A stretch of DNA of 64,000 nucleotides from a virus (IMGVR_UViG_3300035520_000763:71032-135031); one strand, 5' to 3'; counted from the stretch's first letter, positions 27,730-37,220 are shown. Made by a program: numbers and translations. Notes: a model not told the origin generated them from the letters alone.

Positions 27730-29361
27730 ATGGATAACGAAAATAAGAATATTAGTACAAGAAAAATAGTTTTAATACCAGAATATAGTGATACAAAAAA
27801 ATGGATAAAAAAGGTTAATGATTTTGCCATTTCTGATTATAAACATAAAATAGAAGTCAAAGAAGAACAGATTAAGAATATAAAAAAGAAAAAGCTAAAT
27901 AAAGAGGATGAGACAAGACTTTTAGAGAAATATCAAAAACAACTAGATACTTTAAATGATAAATTAAATACATATATTGAAACGAAAGAAATTACAAAAG
28001 AAATCGTTAATAATTACACATACAATCTGGTAAGAGAATCAATGGAATCAGAGGTAAGAAGAAAGAATTATATATTATCATGGGCTTTTAGCAAAATGAT
28101 TGAAAACGGTGTTCAGTATATGGATATTAAAGATAGGACAAAATTTATTAAAGATATGATGAATACTGCATATAGAGTAAAAGGCTCTAAAAAGGGAAGT
28201 GCTTTTGATGATGTTGAAATTAGTAATATTTTAAATGGATATGGTATAGCTTTTTCTAAGGATTTTACAAAAAAGTTAATTAAAGATGTGAATGATGGAT
28301 TATTAGACGGAAAAATTAGTCAAAGAACATATAAGATGGATTCGCCGTTTACGATAGCAAAGTCAACAATGGGATTCTCACATGATTATGATTCTTATGA
28401 AGAGTTATGCGAACACATCAATGATAAAGATTGTAATATGTATTTTGATTTTGGTGGAAATCAAAAACCGACAATTGCAAGATTTAAAATACATACCGGA
28501 TATAAAAAGAATAAGCAAGAACTAAACGCAACATTGTTAAAGATATATTCAGGAGAATACAAATATTGTGGCAGTAAAATAGAGTTAGATAAAACGGGTA
28601 AAAAAATAATACTCGATTTGTCATTTGAAATTCCTACAAAAGAAGTATTTTTAGATGAAAACCGAACTTGCGGAATTGATAGAGGTATTAAAATTCCGGC
28701 TGTATGTGCCTTAAATGATGATAAATATACTAGAGGATATTACGGTTATTGTGATGATTTGTTTGCTAAAAGAACGAAAATTCAAAATCAAAGAAAAAGA
28801 TTGCAGAAATCATTAACTTATACGAGTGGAGGGCATGGAAGAGATAAAAAATTAAAGGCACTTAAAAGATTGGAAGAATATGAGAAGAATTTTGTGGAAA
28901 ATTATCTTCACCATATCTCAAAACAATGTGTTGACTTTGCAGTAAAAAATCATTGCAAATACATAAATATTGAAAATTTAAAAGGCTATGATGCAGATGA
29001 TAAAATACTCCGAAATTGGTCTTATTATAAATTAGAGCAGTACATTACATATAAAGCTGAAAGATACGGAATTATTGTTAGAAAAATTAATCCTTGTTTT
29101 ACATCACAAGTATGTAGTTTTTGTGGAAGTTATGAAAAAGGGCAAAGAAAAACACAGTCAGATTTTTTGTGCGCTAATGAAAATTGTACAAGCCATTCTG
29201 AAAAACACAAATATATAAATGCGGATTTTAATGCAGCAAGGAATATTGCAATGTCCACATTATATTACGATGGAGAAATTACAAATAAACAGATAGAAGA
29301 AGCCGCAAATTATTATGGAATTGTATTAGATGAAAATAAGGATAAAGAACTGGTGGCATAG
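27730..29361 (+). CDS. TnpB/Cas12f-like RuvC-domain nuclease (543 aa), no adjacent TnpA
   Basis: RuvC-I CGIDRGIK, RuvC-II YINIENLKGY (E), TnpB-type C-terminal motifs NPCFTSQVCSFCG (zinc finger) ... CANENC ... INADFNAARNIA (RuvC-III D); about 170-aa N-terminal extension with coiled-coil relative to the 367-aa TnpB at 33625. Confidence 0.8.
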   Translation: MDNENKNISTRKIVLIPEYSDTKKWIKKVNDFAISDYKHKIEVKEEQIKNIKKKKLNKEDETRLLEKYQKQLDTLNDKLNTYIETKEITKEIVNNYTYNLVRESMESEVRRKNYILSWAFSKMIENGVQYMDIKDRTKFIKDMMNTAYRVKGSKKGSAFDDVEISNILNGYGIAFSKDFTKKLIKDVNDGLLDGKISQRTYKMDSPFTIAKSTMGFSHDYDSYEELCEHINDKDCNMYFDFGGNQKPTIARFKIHTGYKKNKQELNATLLKIYSGEYKYCGSKIELDKTGKKIILDLSFEIPTKEVFLDENRTCGIDRGIKIPAVCALNDDKYTRGYYGYCDDLFAKRTKIQNQRKRLQKSLTYTSGGHGRDKKLKALKRLEEYEKNFVENYLHHISKQCVDFAVKNHCKYINIENLKGYDADDKILRNWSYYKLEQYITYKAERYGIIVRKINPCFTSQVCSFCGSYEKGQRKTQSDFLCANENCTSHSEKHKYINADFNAARNIAMSTLYYDGEITNKQIEEAANYYGIVLDENKDKELVA

Positions 29362-29568
29362 CCATCAATATTGAAAGTAGTTACATAAAAATATGTCTAT
29401 TGTAATGATAAACATAGTAATTACAAGTAATGGTAGATTTTGATGCCAAAGGGTGAGAGAAATTACTACTCATCAAAACCTGCGTATTTTTAATTTTGAG
29501 CCTTTGGATATATATAAAAGTACAAGGGTACAAAACGTGGCGTATAACATAATAAAAGGAGATAAAGA
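29362..29568 (+). ncRNA. candidate structured non-coding RNA (omega-RNA/guide-scaffold-like) downstream of the TnpB/Cas12-like gene
   Basis: 207-bp non-coding gap with 8-bp inverted repeat TTTTGATG...CATCAAAA (29438..29478) and CCAAAGG/CCTTTGG pair; no ORF; purely structural inference. Confidence 0.25.
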
Positions 29569-29958
29569 ATGACAAAATTAGAAGGTTTTTCAAAGGTGGC
29601 AGTTGTTAAGTACGGTTGTTTTGCATATTATTTTGCTATTTATGATGATGGCAATGATTATAAGGTGGGAGATATGGCTGTATTTTCGGGAAATACTAAT
29701 CCTGCAAAGATTACTGAAATCATTAGCGAAAAAGAATGGAAAAAACGTATGTTTCCAAAGAATATAACGGCAGAAGTTATTGGTAAGATTGACATTTCGG
29801 CATACGAAAAGCGTCTTGAACAGCGTGAATTAAAAAAAATTATAAAGGAAACAATGGAAAATCGAAAAAAGAAAATTCAGGAAGAATTGGACGATGAGTA
29901 TTATGCCAGTAAGGATGAAGATTATGCTGAATTATTAAGAAAGTATGAAAGTTTATAG
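29569..29958 (+). CDS. hypothetical phage protein
   Basis: ORF track; RBS AAAGGAGA. Confidence 0.5.
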   Translation: MTKLEGFSKVAVVKYGCFAYYFAIYDDGNDYKVGDMAVFSGNTNPAKITEIISEKEWKKRMFPKNITAEVIGKIDISAYEKRLEQRELKKIIKETMENRKKKIQEELDDEYYASKDEDYAELLRKYESL

Positions 29959-29989
29959 TATATAAAAAGATTATATAGGATAGGTGACT

Positions 29990-30628
29990 ATGAGTAAAAC
30001 TAAAAAGGAACGTAGAAAAGAGAAACAAATCAAATTAAGAAATAAAAAACTTTGTAAGAAGTACCCATTCATAATTCCTAGATCTGTATGCACAGGTGAA
30101 ATAATTAAAGATTATGATTATTCATGGACTGAATATGATTATATGGCAAGAGGATGGAGAATTGGTTTCGGAAAGTTTTGGCTTGAAGATTTGAGACGAG
30201 CTTGTATTGAAACGAATTATTTGGGCAAGCTTTATTTTTTACAAGTTAAGGAGAAATATGCTTCGCTTAGAGCATACCCTAATGCTGCACCCAAAAAAGT
30301 ATATGATATATTGGATAAATACGAGTACATTAGTCAGTGTATTTGCTATCAATGCGGAAGTCCTGAAACTTCTGTTGTAAACGATTATGGTTGGTATTTG
30401 CCAATATGTAAGAAGTGTTGGGATAAGTTTAATCGTAAGAGAGAGAAAAAGGGATATAAAGTTATTTCTTATAATGAAGCTGGTGGTGAGGATAATCCTA
30501 AATTACCGGACAGTTATTCTTACAGTATTTATTCTAATGGCGAAGATAAGACAGTAGTAGTAGATATTGGTGATATTACAAGTCGCATAAATCAGGCTTA
30601 TAAAAACAGAGTTGTGGAGGAAAAATGA
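29990..30628 (+). CDS. hypothetical zinc-finger protein (CICYQCG...CKKCWDKF), basic N-terminus
   Basis: ORF track (29984..); translationally coupled (ATGA) to the downstream ATPase. Confidence 0.5.
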   Translation: MSKTKKERRKEKQIKLRNKKLCKKYPFIIPRSVCTGEIIKDYDYSWTEYDYMARGWRIGFGKFWLEDLRRACIETNYLGKLYFLQVKEKYASLRAYPNAAPKKVYDILDKYEYISQCICYQCGSPETSVVNDYGWYLPICKKCWDKFNRKREKKGYKVISYNEAGGEDNPKLPDSYSYSIYSNGEDKTVVVDIGDITSRINQAYKNRVVEEK

Positions 30629-31329
30629 GTAGAAAATTTCAGTTAGAAAAAGATTATTATGATGAAGGATATGACTTATACAAAAAGAAGACAATTACAA
30701 TTAAGCCCAAAATTACTGTCTTAGTTGGTTGCAACGGAATTGGCAAAACAACATTACTTCATCAGCTCAAAAGTCATTTAAAAAAGAAAAATATTCCTTG
30801 TATATCATTTAATAATTTAGACGATGGTGGAAGAAACGCCATGTCAGAAGCTAGTTTTTACGGAGATCTTAGTTTTTTGTCAACTTCAATGCAATCCTCC
30901 GAAGGTGAAAATATAGTTATGAATATGGAAAGTTTTGCAAGAAGATTAGGTGATTTTGTTAAAACTGGCGAAGATCCAAAAGAATCAAAGTATAAAAATC
31001 TTGCAATAGCAATGAAAAAAGCAAGTGGAGAAACAATAGAAGAAACAGAAATACCAAAAGAACGATGGATTCTACTCGATGCAATTGATAGTGGACTGAG
31101 CATAGATAATATTGTAGATATTAAGGAAGATTTATTCAAAACTATCCTTGAATATAATTGTGGAAATGAAATCTATATTATTGTGGTAGCAAATGAATAT
31201 GAAATGGCAAGGAATGAACAGTGCTTTGATGTCTATAATGGCAAATATATAACTTTTAAGGATTATGAAGATTATCGGCAATTTGTGTTAGATAGTAAGG
31301 AATTAAAAGAAAAAAGGTATAAAGAGTGA
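30625..31329 (+). CDS. ABC/AAA_21-like P-loop ATPase (Walker A GCNGIGKTTL, Walker B/D-loop ILLDAIDSGLS)
   Basis: Motifs from the translation; 234 aa; no TM segments. Confidence 0.6.
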   Translation: MSRKFQLEKDYYDEGYDLYKKKTITIKPKITVLVGCNGIGKTTLLHQLKSHLKKKNIPCISFNNLDDGGRNAMSEASFYGDLSFLSTSMQSSEGENIVMNMESFARRLGDFVKTGEDPKESKYKNLAIAMKKASGETIEETEIPKERWILLDAIDSGLSIDNIVDIKEDLFKTILEYNCGNEIYIIVVANEYEMARNEQCFDVYNGKYITFKDYEDYRQFVLDSKELKEKRYKE

Positions 31330-31414
31330 TTATTTGATTTGCTTTACAAATAATAATGAGAACATATAAGTTCCATTTTATTTTTAGATTAGGAAAAAGA
31401 AGGGAGGAAGATAA

Positions 31415-31567
31415 GTGCCCGCATTAGCAATTATAGTAATACTGATATGTATTGCGGTTTGGTTTCTGGCATCTGCTTTATACAAGCCCATTGGAAGATG
31501 GATAGGTAAAATTGGAAGAGATGCAATCGAAGCCATGAAAGAAGAAGATAAAGATAAAAACGAATAA
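31415..31567 (+). CDS. small membrane protein (50 aa; GTG start; one TM helix)
   Basis: Self-translated ORF VPALAIIVILICIAVWFLASALY...; immediately upstream of SPFH gene; RBS GGGAGGAAG. Confidence 0.4.
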   Translation: MPALAIIVILICIAVWFLASALYKPIGRWIGKIGRDAIEAMKEEDKDKNE

Positions 31568-31580
31568 GGAGAAAAGTTAT

Positions 31581-32465
31581 ATGAAGGAAAAGAAGAGAAG
31601 TGGATTAGTAGGTGGTATTACATTAGCAGTTGTAATTGTAATTGTTTTAATTTTAGTGGCGATATGTACAAAAAAAGTACCTGCGGGCTATGTGGCGGTA
31701 CAGTATTCGGTTAATGGGGGAATCAAAGATGAAGTCCTTACTCAGGGTTGGCACTTTGTATCACCGGCAACGAAGACAAAGCTGTATACGGTAGGTATTG
31801 AACAGAGTTATTTAACATCGGGCAAAGATGGCGATTCTAAGGATGATGAGAGTTTTACAGCCAGCTCATCTGAGGGTAAAGCTATGACAATTGACCTTAC
31901 ATTTACATATCAGTATCAGCAAGAAGATGTAGTTGGTGTATTTACAAGATTTAAGGGGCAATCTGGTAAGGAAGTAAGAGATAATTTTATTAAGCCTAAT
32001 ATTATATCGTGGACTAAGGAAGTTGTAGCAAGATATAAGGTGTCAGATATTCTCGGTTCAGAAAGAGCAGCAGTTAATTTAGCTTTAACAGACTACTTAT
32101 CAGAAAAATTTGAGAGTTACGGCATTACAATTAGTAACGTATCCTTAATCAATATTGAGGTTGATGAGGAAACTCAGGAAGCTATCAATGCCAAAATTAC
32201 TGCGCAGCAAAACGCGGAAACGCAGAGCATTAATAACCAGACAGCAATTGACAAGGCTGCCGCCGAAGCACAGGTTAAACTTACGGAAGCACAGGCTGAA
32301 GCTGATGCACAGAAGATTAAGGCTGATGCAGAGGCAGAGGCTAACAAGAAAATTGCTGAATCACTTACATCTGAACTCATCGAAAAGATTAAGTATGAGC
32401 AGTGGGATGGAGCATTGCCACAGGTTCAGGGGACAAGTACACCAATTATTAACATGGCAGACTAA
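31581..32465 (+). CDS. SPFH/band-7 (stomatin/prohibitin-like) membrane protein with C-terminal A/E/K/Q-rich coiled coil
   Basis: N-terminal TM (GGITLAVVIVIVLILVAI) followed by SPFH-like core (...GYVAVQYS..., ...ISNVSLINIEVDEETQEAINAKITAQQ...). Confidence 0.7.
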   Translation: MKEKKRSGLVGGITLAVVIVIVLILVAICTKKVPAGYVAVQYSVNGGIKDEVLTQGWHFVSPATKTKLYTVGIEQSYLTSGKDGDSKDDESFTASSSEGKAMTIDLTFTYQYQQEDVVGVFTRFKGQSGKEVRDNFIKPNIISWTKEVVARYKVSDILGSERAAVNLALTDYLSEKFESYGITISNVSLINIEVDEETQEAINAKITAQQNAETQSINNQTAIDKAAAEAQVKLTEAQAEADAQKIKADAEAEANKKIAESLTSELIEKIKYEQWDGALPQVQGTSTPIINMAD

Positions 32466-32725
32466 TAGTAATTATTATGTAGATAGAGGATTTTCTTCTA
32501 TCTGCATAATGTATAAGAAATAGATTACAAGAGGAAAAGAAAGATAAAAATGAGAGGTTTTTTAGTATTTCTTTATATTATCGCAAGTGCTTTCTTATTT
32601 GGATTGTGTTTAGATGTATCACCCAAAATATGTCTCATTCTTCCTACATTAGTAAATTTCATAATTTCTTGGATAGTAGGTGTAAAATTTTGTGTGGAAA
32701 AACTCATGAAAGAAGATGATAATTA

Positions 32726-33013
32726 ATGAAAAAATTAGTGACAACACCACTAACTAATACTATTTGGTGGGCGACTGTTAATGAAGACAAGGGTATGATT
32801 ACTGGCAATAGAGTTGATGTTACAGATGATGCAATTAATGCTGTGTTTCAGCATTTAATCAACATGGATAACTTTAAAGAAAAGGGATTTGCTGGTTATG
32901 AAATCCCAAGAAAAGAAGATGATAGCTTTATTACCATATGTGTATTTGATAGTAGAAGGCATATTTGTATTTCAAAAAAATTGTTTGAAGAATTAAAAAA
33001 TTATGAAAAGTAA
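32726..33013 (+). CDS. hypothetical phage protein
   Basis: ORF track. Confidence 0.5.
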   Translation: MKKLVTTPLTNTIWWATVNEDKGMITGNRVDVTDDAINAVFQHLINMDNFKEKGFAGYEIPRKEDDSFITICVFDSRRHICISKKLFEELKNYEK

Positions 33014-33190
33014 AGAGTAAATAACGGGATTATAAGGAGATAAGATTATGAGTAAAAGTAAGAAAAATCGTTATAAAGGATTGAAATTTAATTATAAAAT
33101 TGGAAATCAGGTTTTAAATAATACAAGCAGAAATCCGCTAGGTCTTTAGCCTAGTGAATGAATGCGTAATCAAATGAAGAATATATAAAT

Positions 33191-33607
33191 ATGAGAAAGA
33201 ATAGAACAAATCCAAATTATAAAAGTAAAAATCATAGTAAATTCATACTTACATATCACATCATATTTGTTTGTAAATATCGTAAAAAACTTCTTACTAA
33301 ATATGGTGAAGACATAAAGCAGATAATGTTTGATATAAGCAAGAAGTATGATTTTGAAATTAAAGAAATGGAAGTTGATAAAGATCATATTCATATGATG
33401 ATAGAATCTGTTCCAAGGTTATCACCATTACAGATTGTAAGAACATTAAAACAGCAATCTACTATTCAAATATGGAGAATGTATAATAAAGAGTTAAAAC
33501 ACCATTATTGGAATGAAAACACCTTTTGGACTGATGGATATTTCTGTTCAACAATTGGAGAAGTAAGTGGTAAGATATTAAAGCGTTATATACAGAACCA
33601 AGGATAG
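33191..33607 (+). CDS. tnpA: IS200/IS605-family Y1 (HuH) transposase TnpA
   Basis: HuH motif DHIHMMIE and catalytic-Tyr region TDGYFCSTIG; 138 aa. Confidence 0.85.
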   Translation: MRKNRTNPNYKSKNHSKFILTYHIIFVCKYRKKLLTKYGEDIKQIMFDISKKYDFEIKEMEVDKDHIHMMIESVPRLSPLQIVRTLKQQSTIQIWRMYNKELKHHYWNENTFWTDGYFCSTIGEVSGKILKRYIQNQG

Positions 33608-33624
33608 AAAGGAGACGGTTATAG

Positions 33625-34728
33625 ATGTTAAAAGCTTATAAATATAGATTATATCCAAATAAAGAACAGCAAGAATATTTTGCAAAATGTTTCGGTTGTG
33701 TACGATTCATCTATAATCGTATGCTTTCAGACAAGATTGAATATTATAAAGAAACAAAACAGAAACTTAATAATACACCTGCTCAGTATAAAAAAGAATT
33801 TGAATGGCTAAAAGAGGTTGATTCACTTGCATTAGCAAATGCTCAAATAAATTTACAGGCTGCTTATAACAACTTTTTCAAGCGTCCAGAAGTAGGATTC
33901 CCAAAATTCAAAAGTAAGAAAAACCACTATTACTCTTACACTACTAATAATCAGGGTGGAAATATTCATGTATCTGATAGATATATCAAACTTCCTAAGA
34001 TTGGTTTAGTAAGAGTAAAGAAACATAGAGTGTTTGCTGGTAAAATAAAATCTGTAACTGTTTCTAAAAATCCAAGTGGTAAGTATTTTGTGTCTGTATT
34101 GGTAGAATGTGAAGAACAAGAAAAACTTCAACAATCTAATACAAATGTAGGGATCGACTTAGGAATAAAAGAATTTGCTATTACTTCTGATGGAGAAAAA
34201 ATAGAAAATCCAAAGTTTCTTAAAAAATCAGAAAATAGACTTAGGAAATTACAAAAGGATTTGTCTCGCTGTCAAAAGGGCAGTAAGAATAGAGAAAAAT
34301 GCAGAATAAAAGTTGCAAAACAACATGAAAAAATAACTAACCAAAGAAAAGATTTTTTACATAAACTTTCAAAACGAATTATTGACGAAAACCAAGTCAT
34401 TTGTTTAGAGAATCTTAAAATAAAGAATATGTTAGGAAATCATAAATTGGCAAAATCAATATCCGATGTGTCATGGAGCGAATTTATAAGACAGTTGGAA
34501 TATAAAGCTGAATGGTATGAAAGAGAAATTATAAAAGTAGATACTTTCTATTCGTCAAGTCAGATATGTTCTAATTGTGGTCATAAAGATGGAAAGAAAG
34601 AACTTTCTGTAAGAGAATGGATTTGTCCTGTATGTGGAACATACCATGACAGAGATATTAATGCAGCTATAAATATCCTGAATGAAGGATTGAGAATAAG
34701 AAGCGTAGGGACTACGCCGATAGCCTAG
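33625..34728 (+). CDS. tnpB: IS605 OrfB / TnpB RuvC-like RNA-guided nuclease
   Basis: N-terminal [11 protein letters not shown], RuvC-I GIDLGIK, Ruv[15 protein letters not shown]-terminal zinc finger and RuvC-III motifs SSQICSNCG ... CPVCG ... [10 protein letters not shown]; 367 aa. Confidence 0.85.
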   Translation: MLKAYKYRLYPNKEQQEYFAKCFGCVRFIYNRMLSDKIEYYKETKQKLNNTPAQYKKEFEWLKEVDSLALANAQINLQAAYNNFFKRPEVGFPKFKSKKNHYYSYTTNNQGGNIHVSDRYIKLPKIGLVRVKKHRVFAGKIKSVTVSKNPSGKYFVSVLVECEEQEKLQQSNTNVGIDLGIKEFAITSDGEKIENPKFLKKSENRLRKLQKDLSRCQKGSKNREKCRIKVAKQHEKITNQRKDFLHKLSKRIIDENQVICLENLKIKNMLGNHKLAKSISDVSWSEFIRQLEYKAEWYEREIIKVDTFYSSSQICSNCGHKDGKKELSVREWICPVCGTYHDRDINAAINILNEGLRIRSVGTTPIA

Positions 34729-34817
34729 GTAAACTTGTGCGGTTACGCATATTGACTAGGAAGCCACGAAGTCTTTAGCTTCGTGGTAGTTCACATTACA
34801 AACCAACTGGTAAAGAG

Positions 34818-35135
34818 TTGATTCGCCAAAAAGAAATTGAGAAACTTGCTGCTAAAGAAGAGGAAGAATACAACAAAAATAGATTTGATTTTTATAATGA
34901 TCCTTCACATTGGGACAATAATAAACGAAGAAGACATCATTTGCCAGTATTAAGAGGAAACAAAAATAAACATAGAAGTAAAACATTTCCTTGTTTTTAT
35001 CCAACTGCGCGTTTCTTTTGTGTGATCGAAGATATAATAGACGATGTATTGGGTGATGTTATAACACAGGATAAATTTTTTAACCAATTTGTAGATATAA
35101 AGAATTTAGAGGTTGGAGAAACATGTTCTGATTGA
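34818..35135 (+). CDS. hypothetical protein (TTG start; reading frame stays open back into the IS right end)
   Basis: ORF track. Confidence 0.4.
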   Translation: MIRQKEIEKLAAKEEEEYNKNRFDFYNDPSHWDNNKRRRHHLPVLRGNKNKHRSKTFPCFYPTARFFCVIEDIIDDVLGDVITQDKFFNQFVDIKNLEVGETCSD

Positions 35136-35149
35136 ATAGGAGTTGAACT

Positions 35150-35476
35150 ATGCAGGAGTTTGTTAATGAATTAAATGAGTTGTTACTTAAATATAAAATT
35201 CCAATAGATGAAGCCGTGAGAATATATCAAAGTAGTAATAATATAAAACATAAAAATCGTTTAACGCAGTGTTATGAAGATAATGGTAATATATGGTGTT
35301 ATTATTCGGAAGAAAATAACCCATGCGGTTGTGGAAGTAATTGTTATCATTACGAATATGACAAAATGAACAATAAAATTTATGGTGTTTGTAATGCTTG
35401 TGGTACTGATATTTATGAAATGAAAGAAGAATATATGAATGAAGAATTAAATATTGGTCAGTGGTTAGGCAGATAA
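35150..35476 (+). CDS. hypothetical Cys-rich protein (CGCGSNC...CNACG)
   Basis: ORF track; RBS TAGGAGTTGA. Confidence 0.5.
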   Translation: MQEFVNELNELLLKYKIPIDEAVRIYQSSNNIKHKNRLTQCYEDNGNIWCYYSEENNPCGCGSNCYHYEYDKMNNKIYGVCNACGTDIYEMKEEYMNEELNIGQWLGR

Positions 35477-35509
35477 ATTCTCGGTTCTATGGGGAGGTGA
35501 AAGATATAG

Positions 35510-35935
35510 GTGGATGATATTATAAGTGTTACTGAGTTATTTAAGCAAATTGAAAAAATCTGTTATCCAGTTGTTCAAAGTGTGAATGATGATAAAGAAT
35601 ATTTATGGTACAAACTTTTATGTTACTATCATGCAAAAACAGAATTATATGATAGGAGATTGACTGATAAAAGAGACCCATATGATAAAACGTCAGCATT
35701 TATTGGTAGTAGTGGTAGAAATCGTAGTGCTTCAGAAAGCTATGCTGAAATAATATATGCAAGAATAGTAATGATTGCCTCTAAGCTAAAAATCCCTAAC
35801 GAAGTTGTTCTAAAAAATAAATATGGAAATACATATAGATTTTCTGCACAGGGTTGGATAAATGAATATAATAGGTTGGTTAAAGCCGGTGAAATGAATT
35901 TTATAAATAAGACGATGAACGGATGGGTTTTATAA
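35510..35935 (+). CDS. hypothetical phage protein (GTG start)
   Basis: ORF track; RBS GGGGAGGTGA. Confidence 0.5.
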   Translation: MDDIISVTELFKQIEKICYPVVQSVNDDKEYLWYKLLCYYHAKTELYDRRLTDKRDPYDKTSAFIGSSGRNRSASESYAEIIYARIVMIASKLKIPNEVVLKNKYGNTYRFSAQGWINEYNRLVKAGEMNFINKTMNGWVL

Positions 35936-35949
35936 GGAGATAACAAATT

Positions 35950-36309
35950 ATGAGTATGGAAAAAAGTTATTACGTTATAGCTGGTTTTGATTTAACTGGT
36001 TATGATACAGATAAATTTGACGATTGGAAATGGACGGAAGAAGGAGAGAAATATCTTAATAATCAAGTAGGAGACGAAATTCAGTTATTTGATGATCCGA
36101 TGAATGGAGAACATTTATATTTTGGATATATTTTAGCTTCTGGTGATGAATATGATTTTGAAACAAAGTCTATCTATGTTAATCGTATAGAAAGACTGCA
36201 ACAAAATGTAGAAACAGAATTAGAGAAGTTGAAAGAACTTGGTGTTATTTCAATAGATTCTCATTTGAAACCGAATTATAGAATTATTGTGTTTGAGGAA
36301 TGTAGATAA
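35950..36309 (+). CDS. hypothetical phage protein
   Basis: ORF track; RBS AAGGAGATAA. Confidence 0.55.
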   Translation: MSMEKSYYVIAGFDLTGYDTDKFDDWKWTEEGEKYLNNQVGDEIQLFDDPMNGEHLYFGYILASGDEYDFETKSIYVNRIERLQQNVETELEKLKELGVISIDSHLKPNYRIIVFEECR

Positions 36310-36323
36310 AATAGAAAGGATAG

Positions 36324-37220
36324 GTGATAAATATAGAAGTAATTTGTAAACCAAGAGGAGTCGGAAAAACATATGATTTAATTATGAAGTCAGCTAAAAC
36401 AGGGACACCGATTTTAACAGCTTTTGATCCAAGACTTATAGTTGATGAAGCTAATAGGTTAGGAGTGAAGATTCCTGAACCTATGAGTATAAGTAGATAC
36501 GAATGGCTTAAAGATAATAATGGTTTCCGTGGAACAGGATGGAATGGGAAATTATTAATTGATAATTTGGACTGTGTATTATGGCTGTTATTAGAAGCTA
36601 CAGTTGATACGGCTACATTAACATCTGATAATGATAAAAATATGACTACAACAGAAGAGTTTTATGATGAATCCCCCAATAAATTTGTAGTACGTATGGA
36701 CAACCGATTAAACAAGATATTAGAGGAGGTAGAAAAAATGTCAATTATGTTTGATAGTAATGATAAAAAATTTATGCAAAATTTATATAAAAAAGATAGA
36801 AAACTTTTTGATATATATTTTAGTAACGAAATCACGGACGTGAATATCATTGTACCAAACAAAGTGGTAGAAGTAACGTTTGCTGACGGTACAAAACAGA
36901 AATCAGTATGTCGAGAACCGGATACTTTCAGCTTGGAGACGGCTATTTCAATCTGTCTTTCAAAGAAAATTATGGGCGGTTCGTCTGCTTATAATAATGC
37001 AGTCAAGGGTGGCGTAAAAGTTTATGAAGACAAGCTAAAGAAAATCGAAGCAGACAAAGCTGAACAGGAACGAATTGCGAAGAAGAAAGCTAAGAAGGAA
37101 GCATATAAGGCTCGTAGAGCTGCCAAGAGGGAAGCTGCCGAAAAAGAAAAGGCTATTGCAATTCAGACAGAAGCTTACATTCGTGCTATGGAAGAGATGG
37201 AGAATAGAAAGAATGGTTGA
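36324..37220 (+). CDS. hypothetical protein with N-terminal P-loop-like motif (KPRGVGKT) and C-terminal K/A/E-rich coiled coil
   Basis: ORF track; GTG start; motif read from translation. Confidence 0.5.
   Translation: MINIEVICKPRGVGKTYDLIMKSAKTGTPILTAFDPRLIVDEANRLGVKIPEPMSISRYEWLKDNNGFRGTGWNGKLLIDNLDCVLWLLLEATVDTATLTSDNDKNMTTTEEFYDESPNKFVVRMDNRLNKILEEVEKMSIMFDSNDKKFMQNLYKKDRKLFDIYFSNEITDVNIIVPNKVVEVTFADGTKQKSVCREPDTFSLETAISICLSKKIMGGSSAYNNAVKGGVKVYEDKLKKIEADKAEQERIAKKKAKKEAYKARRAAKREAAEKEKAIAIQTEAYIRAMEEMENRKNG

Larger units (their letters stand above)
33100..34800 (+). mobile_element. IS200/IS605-family insertion sequence (IS605-type: tnpA + tnpB); ends approximate
   Basis: Y1 HuH transposase + TnpB; subterminal hairpins CTAGG-TCTTTAG-CCTAG (33138..33154) and CCACGAAG-TCTTTAG-CTTCGTGG (34764..34786) share the identical loop TCTTTAG. 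Confidence 0.8.

Noticed and set aside
32155-32523. Alternative-frame ORF (R/K/L-rich, 122 aa) overlapping the 3' end of the SPFH gene
   Set aside because: Generated by the GC-richer, repetitive A/E/K/Q coiled-coil coding segment of the SPFH gene read in another frame; no RBS; spurious.
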